64,000 nucleotides of DNA, from NCBI GenBank assembly GCA_964493305.1, contig CAZBLW010000001.1, positions 177,484 to 241,483 on the forward strand, given 5' to 3'. Source of the DNA: an uncultured Gammaproteobacteria bacterium (GTDB taxonomy: Bacteria; Patescibacteriota; Patescibacteriia; S139-126). This document shows positions 1-8,709 of this stretch, one piece after another. The position numbers and the translations under genes were made by a program. The notes below the pieces were generated by a model. It had not been told where the DNA came from. It searched no databases and saw nothing but the letters and a program-made list of their open reading frames with translations. Every line of letters begins with the position of its first letter. Positions within the stretch are counted from its first letter, which is position 1.

Positions 1-2
1 AG

Positions 3-743
3 CGTAAGGAAAAAAATGACAAAGAAGCTATGCGTCGGTTGATTGAGGCTAATTTGCGTTTAGTGGTTTCGATTGCTAAAAAATTTACTGGCCGTAGTTT
101 ATCTTTATTGGATTTAATTCAAGAAGGTAATATTGGTTTGTTTAGAGCGGTAGAAAAATATGATTACCGCAAAGGTTTTAAATTTTCTACCTATGCCACC
201 TGGTGGATTCGGCAGGCGATTACTAGAGCATTGGCTGATCAATCGCGGACAATCAGAATTCCAGTTCATATGGTAGAAACTATCAATAAATTTCAACAAG
301 TCGAAAGACGTTTAATTCAAGACCTGGGTAGAGAACCGTTACCTGAAGAAATCGCTTCGGAAATGGGCGAGCCGTTGGATAAGATTTTGCATATCATGAA
401 AATATCTCAAGAAACAGTTTCGTTAGAAACTTCAGTTGGTGATGATGATGATGGTGATTCTAAACTGGGCGATTTTATTGAAGATCAAAAAACTATTACT
501 CCTGATCGAGTGGCGGCTTTGCGACTATTGAAAGATCATGTTACTGAAATAATAAGTCAGTTAACCCCACGTGAACAAAAGATTTTAGAAATGCGTTTTG
601 GTTTAACTGACGGAGTTGCTCATACTTTGGAAGAAGTAGGACAAGAGTTTGGTGTAACCCGCGAACGTATTCGGCAAATCGAAGCTAAAGCTTTAGAAAA
701 GATTCAGCAGAATATGCAAATGAAAAAATTAAAGGACTATTAG
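3..743 (+). CDS. rpoD: RNA polymerase primary sigma factor RpoD/SigA, 5'-truncated by window edge
   Basis: Region 2 motifs [38 protein letters not shown]; region 4 [23 protein letters not shown]; frame open from base 3. Confidence 0.97.
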   Translation, partial: RKEKNDKEAMRRLIEANLRLVVSIAKKFTGRSLSLLDLIQEGNIGLFRAVEKYDYRKGFKFSTYATWWIRQAITRALADQSRTIRIPVHMVETINKFQQVERRLIQDLGREPLPEEIASEMGEPLDKILHIMKISQETVSLETSVGDDDDGDSKLGDFIEDQKTITPDRVAALRLLKDHVTEIISQLTPREQKILEMRFGLTDGVAHTLEEVGQEFGVTRERIRQIEAKALEKIQQNMQMKKLKDY

Positions 744-766
744 TATAGAAAGTTGAAAATAAAATT

Positions 767-792
767 AGAGCAGCTTTTGGCTGCTCTTTTTA
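767..792. terminator. Bidirectional intrinsic terminator between rpoD and convergent ORF
   Basis: AGAGCAGC-loop-GCTGCTCT hairpin followed by T-run. Confidence 0.75.
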
Positions 793-793
793 T

Positions 794-1516
794 TTAGTTA
801 CTAAACGAATTTTCAAATTGACCGATTAGGGCTAGAAGTTTTTCCGTGGTTAGTTGGAAACTCGGATTATCTATTAATAATGGCACAATATGATTGACCA
901 AAAATTTTGAGGTTTTTTCTTCTCCCCATTCAGCTGAATGAAAAAATATGATTTTGGAGTGCTCGGGTGAAAAAGCATAAGTGATTGGTTTGATGTTGTT
1001 TTTTTCTAGATGATCGTTTATAAATTTTTCTTGAATGAATGAGAAATTTTTAATTTTTTCTAAAAATTTTTCCATTCTGAAATCAAATTTAGCAGCGAAT
1101 GATAAACCTTGGACTGCTTCCAAAAAAGCATCAACCAATTGAATAAAAAATTCAAAATGTGTGTCGCACTCTCCCAGATGCTCCCAGTTGAGTAGTTTAG
1201 CATATTGGCCATCAATTGTTTGACTGTCAGTTTTGGCTAACATACCTCTGAGATGTTCCACTATTTCTAAAGTGCTGAATTCATCATATTCTTTGAAATC
1301 ATAAATGTACTGGTAATTGGGATAAGATGCTTTGAAATGGATGTAGACACTGCGTAAGGCAAACCAAACGTGCAGACTGGTTAATTCATTACGAAACCGC
1401 GAAAGTTTTTCTGCCTTATTTTGTCTAGCAGTCAGATCATAGATGTCGCGATAAATTTGTCTAGGGAAATCAGCTCCAATCGGAGAGAAAACTAGGTCAT
1501 TGGTGTTGTTGTTCAT
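794..1516 (-). CDS. Hypothetical protein (240 aa)
   Basis: ORF with AAAGGA SD and TTTACA-17-TAATAT promoter; no recognisable motif. Confidence 0.75.
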   Translation of the reverse strand: MNNNTNDLVFSPIGADFPRQIYRDIYDLTARQNKAEKLSRFRNELTSLHVWFALRSVYIHFKASYPNYQYIYDFKEYDEFSTLEIVEHLRGMLAKTDSQTIDGQYAKLLNWEHLGECDTHFEFFIQLVDAFLEAVQGLSFAAKFDFRMEKFLEKIKNFSFIQEKFINDHLEKNNIKPITYAFSPEHSKIIFFHSAEWGEEKTSKFLVNHIVPLLIDNPSFQLTTEKLLALIGQFENSFSN

Positions 1517-1617
1517 GGTAATATTCCTTTTTTAATGTAAGATTCCAAACATATTATCACAAACTATTTTTTTTGTAAATATTAAAAGCCAAGAATTTAT
1601 ATCTTGGCTTTAAGGTT

Positions 1618-1836
1618 TTAATTGATTTTTTCAGTTGGCTGTTTGTGGATTATTTTTCCGTTTTCAAGATAGGCAGATTCACCTGAACGATTGAATACTA
1701 AATTTCCATCAGACCAGTGTATTCTCCCGCAAGTATTACAAGGATAAGCAGTGGCACTACTACTGCAACCAGTACGAAGGTGGATAATTTTTTCTAAATC
1801 AATACTGCCAGAGCAATCTTTTTCTTTACAATTCAT
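1618..1836 (-). CDS. Small Cys-rich (putative Zn-ribbon) protein
   Basis: CxxxxC and CxxCxxxH; GAGGT SD, TTGACA-17-TACTAT promoter, terminator at 1584-1611. Confidence 0.7.
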   Translation of the reverse strand: MNCKEKDCSGSIDLEKIIHLRTGCSSSATAYPCNTCGRIHWSDGNLVFNRSGESAYLENGKIIHKQPTEKIN

Positions 1837-2016
1837 GATTTACCTCTCATTTTTAAATTTTGATAATTAAAGAACCGATTAAGTATAGTAGATAAATTTA
1901 TTAGATTTGTCAATATTGGAAAATTGAGCTCAAATAAATGATTTGACATAAATTATTAAAATTAATAAGATATTAAATTCAATTTACCTTAACAAATCAA
2001 AACAAAGGAGAAAATC

Positions 2017-2721
2017 ATGAGTATACATATTGCTGCCAAACCTGGACAAATTGCCGAAACTGTTTTATTAGCTGGTGATCCTTTGCGAGCAAAATTTATC
2101 GCTGACAATTATTTAGAAAAAGTAACTCAGTACAATACTGTTCGTAATATGTTAGGTTTTACCGGTTATACTTTAGATAATAGGAAAGTTTCAGTTCAAG
2201 GTTCGGGTATGGGCATGCCGTCACTGGCAATTTATGTCAATGAATTAATAGATAGCTACAAGGTTAAAAAAATTATCCGAGTAGGTAGTTGTGGTTCGTT
2301 ACAGCCAGAAATAAAATTGCAGGATATAATTCTAGCTATGGGTTCATGCTCTGATTCAGCATTAAATGTGCGTCGTTTTGTGGGTCTTAGTTTTGCCCCT
2401 TTGGCAGATTGGGATTTATTGTGGCGAGCTTATCAGCTGGCGCAACAAACATCTACCTTAGTTAGAGTGGGTAATATTTTTGCCACTGATAAATTTTATG
2501 ATGATTGCTCACCCAGCGCCTGGGAAATATTTGCCCAATACAAAGTATTGGCAATTGAAATGGAAACGGCGGAACTTTATACCTTGGCCGCACAAAAAAA
2601 CATACAAGCTTTATCGATTCTAACTGTCAGCGACAGTTTAGTTACCAAGCAATCAGTGAGTGCTTTAGAGCGGGAACAAAGTTTCACCGAGATGATTGAA
2701 CTAGCTTTGCAGTTATTTTAG
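2017..2721 (+). CDS. deoD: Purine nucleoside phosphorylase DeoD
   Basis: HIAAK...VLLAGDPLRAKFIA, GSGMGMPS, IIRVGSCGS, IEMETAELY, LTVSD. Confidence 0.95.
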   Translation: MSIHIAAKPGQIAETVLLAGDPLRAKFIADNYLEKVTQYNTVRNMLGFTGYTLDNRKVSVQGSGMGMPSLAIYVNELIDSYKVKKIIRVGSCGSLQPEIKLQDIILAMGSCSDSALNVRRFVGLSFAPLADWDLLWRAYQLAQQTSTLVRVGNIFATDKFYDDCSPSAWEIFAQYKVLAIEMETAELYTLAAQKNIQALSILTVSDSLVTKQSVSALEREQSFTEMIELALQLF

Positions 2722-2736
2722 TTAATAAGCGGATAG

Positions 2737-2937
2737 TTATTTATCCGCTTTTTTATTGGTGGCAATAAATTTTTTGGTAATTAGAAATATTCGCATACTA
2801 CTTATAATAACCAAAATTAGTCCAATTAATTGTGCTCCGGGACTGTCATCATATTCTCCAAAAACAATCATAAATACACCAAATAGAAGTAGTGTAAGGA
2901 AAATAAATGATAATAACGCATATCTTATTTTGTTCAT
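2737..2937 (-). CDS. Small two-TM membrane protein (DDSPG loop)
   Basis: Two hydrophobic segments around GEYDDSPG; TATAAT 6 nt before ATG. Confidence 0.65.
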   Translation of the reverse strand: MNKIRYALLSFIFLTLLLFGVFMIVFGEYDDSPGAQLIGLILVIISSMRIFLITKKFIATNKKADK

Positions 2938-3054
2938 AAGTTAATTATATCATTACATATAAAAAAATGACGAGCAAAAGTTCATCATTTTTTTATGGCT
3001 TGGTGTCGTGGGGGAAATTAGAACCAGAAGTGTGGTGTAATATCAAACTAATCA

Positions 3055-3357
3055 CTATTGTCCATTAACAACCTTTTCAATATAGTCATCCAATAATGAG
3101 CTAAGATTGTTTTGAACCAATTCAGAAAATTCATCCGATGTATATTTTGATGCTAATACCTTTTCTAAACCTGTCGTATCCTTTTTTTCTAAGCACTTAT
3201 TAATATGATTCCAATCCTCATTATTAAATTTTGGTGCAGTAATACTTATTAATTCTAAACCAGCTATTGTTAAAAAATCGTTAGTGTACTTTCCAAGCTT
3301 ATCTTCACTTAATTCTATGCCTCGTGATTTTAATAATGCTCTTAATAATTCTTTCAT
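3055..3357 (-). CDS. Hypothetical protein in small islet downstream of tRNA-Asn
   Basis: 100-aa ORF coupled (ATGA overlap) to upstream ORF. Confidence 0.6.
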   Translation of the reverse strand: MKELLRALLKSRGIELSEDKLGKYTNDFLTIAGLELISITAPKFNNEDWNHINKCLEKKDTTGLEKVLASKYTSDEFSELVQNNLSSLLDDYIEKVVNGQ

Positions 3358-3689
3358 ATATTTTGTTCTTTATTTGTATCAAAATTCCCTTCCAAACCTA
3401 ACTTATGAGATAGCGCGCTAAGTGCCATATAAGTAAGTGAGCCACTGCTTACACCATTAACTAATGACATAAATTGTCTAGCATTAGGATCTTCTAACGA
3501 TAAAAAAGTCCCCACTGCGGCGCCTGCTGCTACTGTCCCTGATGCATATAGTTTTATTTTTTCTATTACATCAGGATGATCTGCAGCCCAATTCTGAACC
3601 TTATCTTTAAACCAATTATCATGCCGTTCATCAAGATTCTCTTGATTTTCAAGTACATTTTCATTATTTGGCATTTTTTCAAATTTCAT
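3354..3689 (-). CDS. Hypothetical protein in small islet downstream of tRNA-Asn
   Basis: 111-aa ORF, acidic N-terminus and Gly/Ala-rich hydrophobic segments. Confidence 0.6.
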   Translation of the reverse strand: MKFEKMPNNENVLENQENLDERHDNWFKDKVQNWAADHPDVIEKIKLYASGTVAAGAAVGTFLSLEDPNARQFMSLVNGVSSGSLTYMALSALSHKLGLEGNFDTNKEQNI

Positions 3690-3847
3690 ATTGCCATAAA
3701 TATTAATAATTAGTCCCTCTATATAATATATATATCACAATTATAGTATTTTTCAAGTTACAATATATTACAATATAGTCTATACTCCAGTTCTAACCTT
3801 CACTTGCCCTATACAAAAAACACCAATAAATACTGGTGTTCTTTGTT

Positions 3848-3867
3848 ATGGCTCCGCGGGTCGGACT
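3848..3867 (-). repeat. 20-bp direct repeat of the tRNA-Asn 3' end (att-like)
   Basis: ATGGCTCCGCGGGTCGGACT at 3848-3867 identical to 3942-3961. Confidence 0.85.
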
Positions 3868-3983
3868 TCCCGCCAAGGCGGGATAAACTTCTCGTCCTCC
3901 CAGAAATGAAAATAGCGCCACCTGATGGTGACGCAATTTTCATGGCTCCGCGGGTCGGACTCGAACCGACGACCCACTGGTTA

Positions 3984-4532
3984 CATCTACCCCTATGTTT
4001 CCATAAGGAATGGACTATCTCATCATCCTGATTTAATTCAGGAGCGGGGCGCTTCCCCCTAATAAAGAGGTACGCCTTTCGGCTAGTCTCTGAACCTTCT
4101 CGCCAAATTAGCGAGCTTGGCTGCGGATTACCTTATCTGTAATTTTCAGACTTAGGCTTCCCGTCAATTCACCCCGTTTTTCTGTCCTCGCTTACGCGAG
4201 GCAGCTGCGTAATACCGACATGTAATTCTCTGTGACAATTAGCACAAATCAAAATGCATTTGTCGACTTCTTTTTTTACACTTTCCCATGACCTTGTCAA
4301 ACCTTGTCCGGATATACCAAATTTCTTTTTGGTTTTATCTAGATGGTGTAAATCGAGAGCTTCAATACATTTTTTATAACCACAAATTATACATTTACCG
4401 CCTTTATATTCAACAACCATTGCTTTAATCTGTTTTCTTCTTTTAGCAACAGCTCGTTTTAAATATTGGGCACGATCGGTATATTTTCTTTTATCTGGCA
4501 TACATTTAAAAGTATACCAAATGATGTTGAAC
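3984..4532 (-). mobile_element. Group I self-splicing intron (549 nt, IC-like core) in tRNA-Asn anticodon
   Basis: Exon ends in U, intron ends in G; core elements P AAUUGACGGGAA, Q AAUCCGCAGC, R GUUCAGAGACUA, S AGAUAGUCC; P3 CGGGGUG/CGCCCCG; IGS GCAGCU pairs with exon GGCUGU. Confidence 0.93.
4169..4501 (-). CDS. Intron-encoded HNH (putative homing) endonuclease, 110 aa
   Basis: CIICG...LDLHHLD...CILICANCHRELH Zn-binding HNH signature; ATG at 4501 preferred over GTG 4534, which straddles the splice site. Confidence 0.88.
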   Translation of the reverse strand: MPDKRKYTDRAQYLKRAVAKRRKQIKAMVVEYKGGKCIICGYKKCIEALDLHHLDKTKKKFGISGQGLTRSWESVKKEVDKCILICANCHRELHVGITQLPRVSEDRKTG

Positions 4533-4822
4533 ACAGCCAGTTGCTCTACCGACTGAGCTACCGCGGAATAATATTAAACTCATTAAAGAACAAATAACCG
4601 CGAGGCAATTTCACGATAGAGCAACTGACTGACACAGTCGTCAGCTTAGACATCCAGTCCAACCTGACCTCTACCGACAAAAAACCTTACGGAATAATAT
4701 TAAAACAGTATTCTTATGCTACTATTTTTATATAAAACCGTCAATATATGTATTCAAATTGGTATTGCTTTTTACTGAAAATACGCGCATACTCAATACA
4801 CTATAATAATTAATATTAATTT

Positions 4823-5275
4823 ATGGGAGATTTTAAAAGAGGTGGTGGTAAACACTTTGGCGGCGGAGGTTTTAGAGGTCGTGATCGAGGTAGAAGCCAC
4901 GGTCCAGTATCGATGCATCACGCGGTTTGCGACCAATGCGGCAAAGATTGTGAAGTACCATTTCGCCCTAGCGGCGATAAGCCAGTTTTTTGTGATGACT
5001 GTTTTGCTAGTAAAAAAAGTGGCGGGGGCAATCGGGGAGGAGATAGATTTGCCCAGAAAAATTTTAGCGCTAAACCAGCGTCTAGTGGGGGAAGTAATGA
5101 TGAAGTAAAGAAGCAGTTAGTGATGTTAAATGAGAAAATGGAACGACTGATTAAAGTAATCGAGTTAAACAATAAACCGCAACCAATGGCAGTTATCCCC
5201 AAAGTCAAAAAAATAGTGAAGGCACTACCAGTAACCAAAGCTAAAAAAGTGGCTAAGAAGAAAGTGAAGAAATAG
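4823..5275 (+). CDS. CxxC-x17-CxxC domain protein with RGG-like N-terminus and Lys-rich tail
   Basis: MHHAVCDQCGKDCEVPFRPSGDKPVFCDDCF; terminator 5290-5318. Confidence 0.85.
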   Translation: MGDFKRGGGKHFGGGGFRGRDRGRSHGPVSMHHAVCDQCGKDCEVPFRPSGDKPVFCDDCFASKKSGGGNRGGDRFAQKNFSAKPASSGGSNDEVKKQLVMLNEKMERLIKVIELNNKPQPMAVIPKVKKIVKALPVTKAKKVAKKKVKK

Positions 5276-5341
5276 CAATATATTTTAGTAAAACAACGGA
5301 TGAAAATCCGTTGTTTTTAATTTAATTGTTTTTCTTAAGTA

Positions 5342-5370
5342 TTGACAAAATCGAAAAAATGTGCTATACT
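5342..5370 (+). promoter_or_regulatory. Sigma70-type promoter
   Basis: TTGACA-17-TATACT with extended TG; followed by 16-bp palindrome TATTCTAGCTAGAATA. Confidence 0.7.
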
Positions 5371-5441
5371 GATTGGTTATTCTAGCTAGAATAGCACTTT
5401 GAAAATTAAATAACTAAACAAAAATTAGTAAGGAGTTCTAG

Positions 5442-6563
5442 ATGAACTGGTATCACAAATTACTTATTACTTTGGTGATTGGATTATTCTTATTCATCCA
5501 TCAAGATGTAATAATCGAAAATTATCGTGATAATTCGCCAGTTCTATCTAGCGAAGAAATCACGAGTCTTAATGAGCAGGTGTTGAGAGTAGCAACTAAT
5601 GCCCAAGAACAAATAAAATCTGACGGGTATTCCGTCGACCAATGGCAAGCGGATGTTTTCTTATTGAGACAAATATTGAATGAATATAAAAGATACTATA
5701 ATTATAGATTTTATATTCATGCTCAAAATACTATTGATTTTACAATCGAAAATTTTTACCGTCCAAAATCAATGGACAAAGTCAATGGTTTATTATTTCA
5801 ACAAGAAGTTAATTCTGCTCAAGCTAATGTCCTGCACGACAATAATGTTGGAGTAGATTGGTCAAAATTTTTGACAGGACTTTGGAGTTTTTATTTATCA
5901 TTTATACCGTTTGTCTTTTTGATCATCTTGATTAAAAGGTCAACTGTATATAAGTTGAAATTCCATTCTGCCGGAGATATGGCAGTTGTCATACTATGTA
6001 TATTGTTTAGCATCATCGGTATCTTTGTTTATAAACCCAATAGTTTATTACAAAAAACGATTGATGCCGAACTACAAGTTTGGCAAGAGAAAATTGGCAC
6101 TAGAGGCTGGAGATTAGCACTAGCCTATATGTTAGCAATCTTATTTGCCATTGGGACGATTCTTCGTCCCATAAAAATTTATGCCCAAGAAATTGTGCAG
6201 AATAGGGTGACAATTACCCAAATGGTAGTAGAATCTGAAGACGAATCTTTAGAATTCAATTTGCCAATTACGGCAACGGTGCGGAACTATTTTGTAAAAA
6301 TCATTAGAGCAATTCAGAAATATATATTTCTGTTTTTTTCTCCCATGTTTATTTTACTAAACATTCCGCCACCCAGAAGTTTCATCATAGTCAATTGGCA
6401 AACGCCAAGAGACAAATTAGTATTATCTAAAATGATAATTGGCTGTAGAGCTCCAAGTATTTTAGTTCAGTTTAACTTAATTAACCGAACTAAAACAAAA
6501 TACAAAGGAATTTACTACAGTGAAAAACATCATTTTAATATTATTAATCTTTTTGGCAGCTAA
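5442..6563 (+). CDS. Hypothetical multi-pass membrane protein
   Basis: 373-aa ORF with several hydrophobic segments; AAGGAG SD. Confidence 0.65.
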   Translation: MNWYHKLLITLVIGLFLFIHQDVIIENYRDNSPVLSSEEITSLNEQVLRVATNAQEQIKSDGYSVDQWQADVFLLRQILNEYKRYYNYRFYIHAQNTIDFTIENFYRPKSMDKVNGLLFQQEVNSAQANVLHDNNVGVDWSKFLTGLWSFYLSFIPFVFLIILIKRSTVYKLKFHSAGDMAVVILCILFSIIGIFVYKPNSLLQKTIDAELQVWQEKIGTRGWRLALAYMLAILFAIGTILRPIKIYAQEIVQNRVTITQMVVESEDESLEFNLPITATVRNYFVKIIRAIQKYIFLFFSPMFILLNIPPPRSFIIVNWQTPRDKLVLSKMIIGCRAPSILVQFNLINRTKTKYKGIYYSEKHHFNIINLFGS

Positions 6564-7332
6564 TGTCCAAATACTTTCTCAGGATTTAACAATTACCCGC
6601 AAGTATGTCGGAGTAATTTATACCGGAGTAATAGATCAAAAAGTAAATATCAACAGCAATGTTGATTATATGTTTGGTTTAGAAACCAAGTATACATTAT
6701 TTACTGATAATGATTTATTTTTTCGAGCACGTTACTCAAATCCTGATGAAAGTTATGGTAGTTTCTGGTACGAATCAAATTTCAATGACTTGAAAGTCAA
6801 AGTAGGCTATATTGCTAGACAAATTACTCTGACTAGACCTCATCCAATTGGATCAGGAGGACACTTTGAACCTTTCCCTTATGGAAAGATACCTGGTGGT
6901 GCTCCTGGCGTTGATGTTTCTTTAAATGGAAACAGTTGGTCAGTCGGAGTCGGTTACTCCTACAATTCTCAAAAACAAGTCAGCGAAGCAAACCTGGGAG
7001 TTGGCTTCAAAGATAAAGATTTTGAGATTAGGGGCGGGTTAGTTTACAACCAGCTGTATCAGGGAGTAGCAGGTCAGGTGATATATTGTGGTTCTAAGCT
7101 GATGAGTTTTATTGAATCAGATTCTCTACTAACAAATTTTTTGTTTATTAGTGGCCCTATCAACGGCTACTTAGGATCAAGTTATGATCATAAACACAAA
7201 GATTTGGAAAGAGTAGAATTTGGTTTAACCAAAGATTTATCAGCACCTTACGGTTTAAAGGGCGTAATTGCCACTGGATATGATCCTTTAAATAAATTGG
7301 TAAAAATTTATTTTTGGGTCTATTTCCAGTAA
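6520..7332 (+). CDS. Secreted protein with beta-barrel-like sequence pattern
   Basis: Signal peptide, many alternating aromatic/Gly strands, C-terminus VKIYFWVYFQ; GTG start after AAAGGA. Confidence 0.6.
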   Translation: MKNIILILLIFLAANVQILSQDLTITRKYVGVIYTGVIDQKVNINSNVDYMFGLETKYTLFTDNDLFFRARYSNPDESYGSFWYESNFNDLKVKVGYIARQITLTRPHPIGSGGHFEPFPYGKIPGGAPGVDVSLNGNSWSVGVGYSYNSQKQVSEANLGVGFKDKDFEIRGGLVYNQLYQGVAGQVIYCGSKLMSFIESDSLLTNFLFISGPINGYLGSSYDHKHKDLERVEFGLTKDLSAPYGLKGVIATGYDPLNKLVKIYFWVYFQ

Positions 7333-7381
7333 TAATAAACAATTTTTTCCAACTTTCAAAAAAGAAAGGAGGTAAAATTTT

Positions 7382-7409
7382 AGAGTCGTCTTGAAAAGAC
7401 GACTCTTTT
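7382..7409 (+). terminator. Intrinsic terminator
   Basis: AGAGTCGTCTT-loop-AAGACGACTCT then TTT. Confidence 0.75.
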
Positions 7410-7448
7410 ATTTTGTTGTATAATTAAATATTACTTAAATTAATCAGT

Positions 7449-8639
7449 ATGAAAAAAATTTTTATTGGTTTATTTTTATTTATTACTTGGTTAATTCCAG
7501 CCAATGCTTTAGCCAATACGACAAATATTTATTTTTTTTGGGGACAGGGTTGTCCGCATTGCGCCAAAGAAAAAACTTTTTTGGCAAAATATATTGATGA
7601 AAATCATCAAGTTAAACTTTATGATTATGAAGTTTATTACAATCAAAATAACCAAGAATCATTACAGGCTCTTGGCAAGTCTTTAGGTTTTTCTATTCAA
7701 GGTGTACCAGTAACTATTATTGGTGACCAACCCTTGGTGGGTTTTAGTGAAACTATAACACCTGCTGAAATAGAGCGTCGGATTGATGCTTGTTTGCAAC
7801 TTGGTTGTCCAGATAAAACCAGTGAAATTTTAGGGATAGCTAAAACAGCACCAATTGCTATTTCAAATTCAGACACTTTAGCAGTTGAGTCAGATAAAAT
7901 CAAATTACCCTGGTTGGGTGAAATTGAAACCAAAAATTTTTCTTTGCCAGTACTAACTATTATTTTAGGAGCGCTTGATGGATTTAATCCCTGTGCGATG
8001 TGGGTACTGTTGTTTCTCATAAGTTTGTTACTAGGCATGAAAGATAAAAAACGGATGTGGATTTTGGGTAGTGCATTTATTATTGCCTCAGCTATGGTTT
8101 ATTTTTTGTTTATGGCCGCTTGGCTAAATTTGATAATTTTTTTAGGATTTATTGTTTGGGTTAGAGTATTGATAGGAATTTTGGCTTTGGTAGGTGGTGG
8201 TTACAATTTGAAAGAGTATTTTACCAATCCCACCGGTGCTTGTAAGGTGACCGGTACGGAAAAAAGACAGAAAATTTTCAGTCGGTTACAAGAAATTACT
8301 AAATCTAACAGTTTTTATTTAGCACTGGGTGGTATTGTTTTGTTGGCAGTAGCGGTCAACTTGGTAGAGCTTATTTGTTCAGCGGGACTGCCAACAGTTT
8401 ATACTCAAATTTTAGCCTTAAATAGTTTAACCAGTTGGCAGTATTATTTATATATTTTGCTTTATATTTTTGTGTTTATGCTTGATGATATGTTGGTTTT
8501 TTTTATTGCCATGGCTACTTTACAAGTAACTGGACTGACTACCAAATACTCCCGTTATTCACATTTAATTGGCGGTGTTTTGATGTTAATTATTGGTATA
8601 TTGCTTATCTTTAAGCCTGAAGTATTGATGTTTGGCTAA
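7449..8639 (+). CDS. Thioredoxin/glutaredoxin-like domain fused to DsbD/CcdA-like membrane domain
   Basis: Signal peptide, GCPHC, GVP, then about 6 TM helices with GFNPCA and ELICSAG cysteines. Confidence 0.85.
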   Translation: MKKIFIGLFLFITWLIPANALANTTNIYFFWGQGCPHCAKEKTFLAKYIDENHQVKLYDYEVYYNQNNQESLQALGKSLGFSIQGVPVTIIGDQPLVGFSETITPAEIERRIDACLQLGCPDKTSEILGIAKTAPIAISNSDTLAVESDKIKLPWLGEIETKNFSLPVLTIILGALDGFNPCAMWVLLFLISLLLGMKDKKRMWILGSAFIIASAMVYFLFMAAWLNLIIFLGFIVWVRVLIGILALVGGGYNLKEYFTNPTGACKVTGTEKRQKIFSRLQEITKSNSFYLALGGIVLLAVAVNLVELICSAGLPTVYTQILALNSLTSWQYYLYILLYIFVFMLDDMLVFFIAMATLQVTGLTTKYSRYSHLIGGVLMLIIGILLIFKPEVLMFG

Positions 8640-8709
8640 ATAACTGTTAATTACTTTATTCTGATATTTGATATATAATAATTAGTAGTAATTAATAATT
8701 GTTTTTATT

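Larger units (their letters stand above)
3943..4567 (-). tRNA. tRNA-Asn(GTT), intron-split: 5' exon 4567-4533 (35 nt), 3' exon 3983-3943 (41 nt)
   Basis: Joined exons give a perfect 76-nt cloverleaf TCCGCGGTAGCTCAGTCGGTAGAGCAACTGGCTGT|TAACCAGTGGGTCGTCGGTTCGAGTCCGACCCGCGGAGCCA. Confidence 0.96.

Noticed and set aside
3804-4031. 75-aa + strand ORF
   Set aside because: Antisense to the tRNA-Asn 3' exon, its duplicate and the intron end; the repeated peptide pattern just reflects the DNA repeat
4502-4534. GTG start for the HNH ORF
   Set aside because: Spans the exon/intron junction; ATG 4501 is more plausible
794-7332. Prophage or defence island
   Set aside because: No integrase, structural, nuclease-effector or toxin-antitoxin signatures apart from the intron HNH
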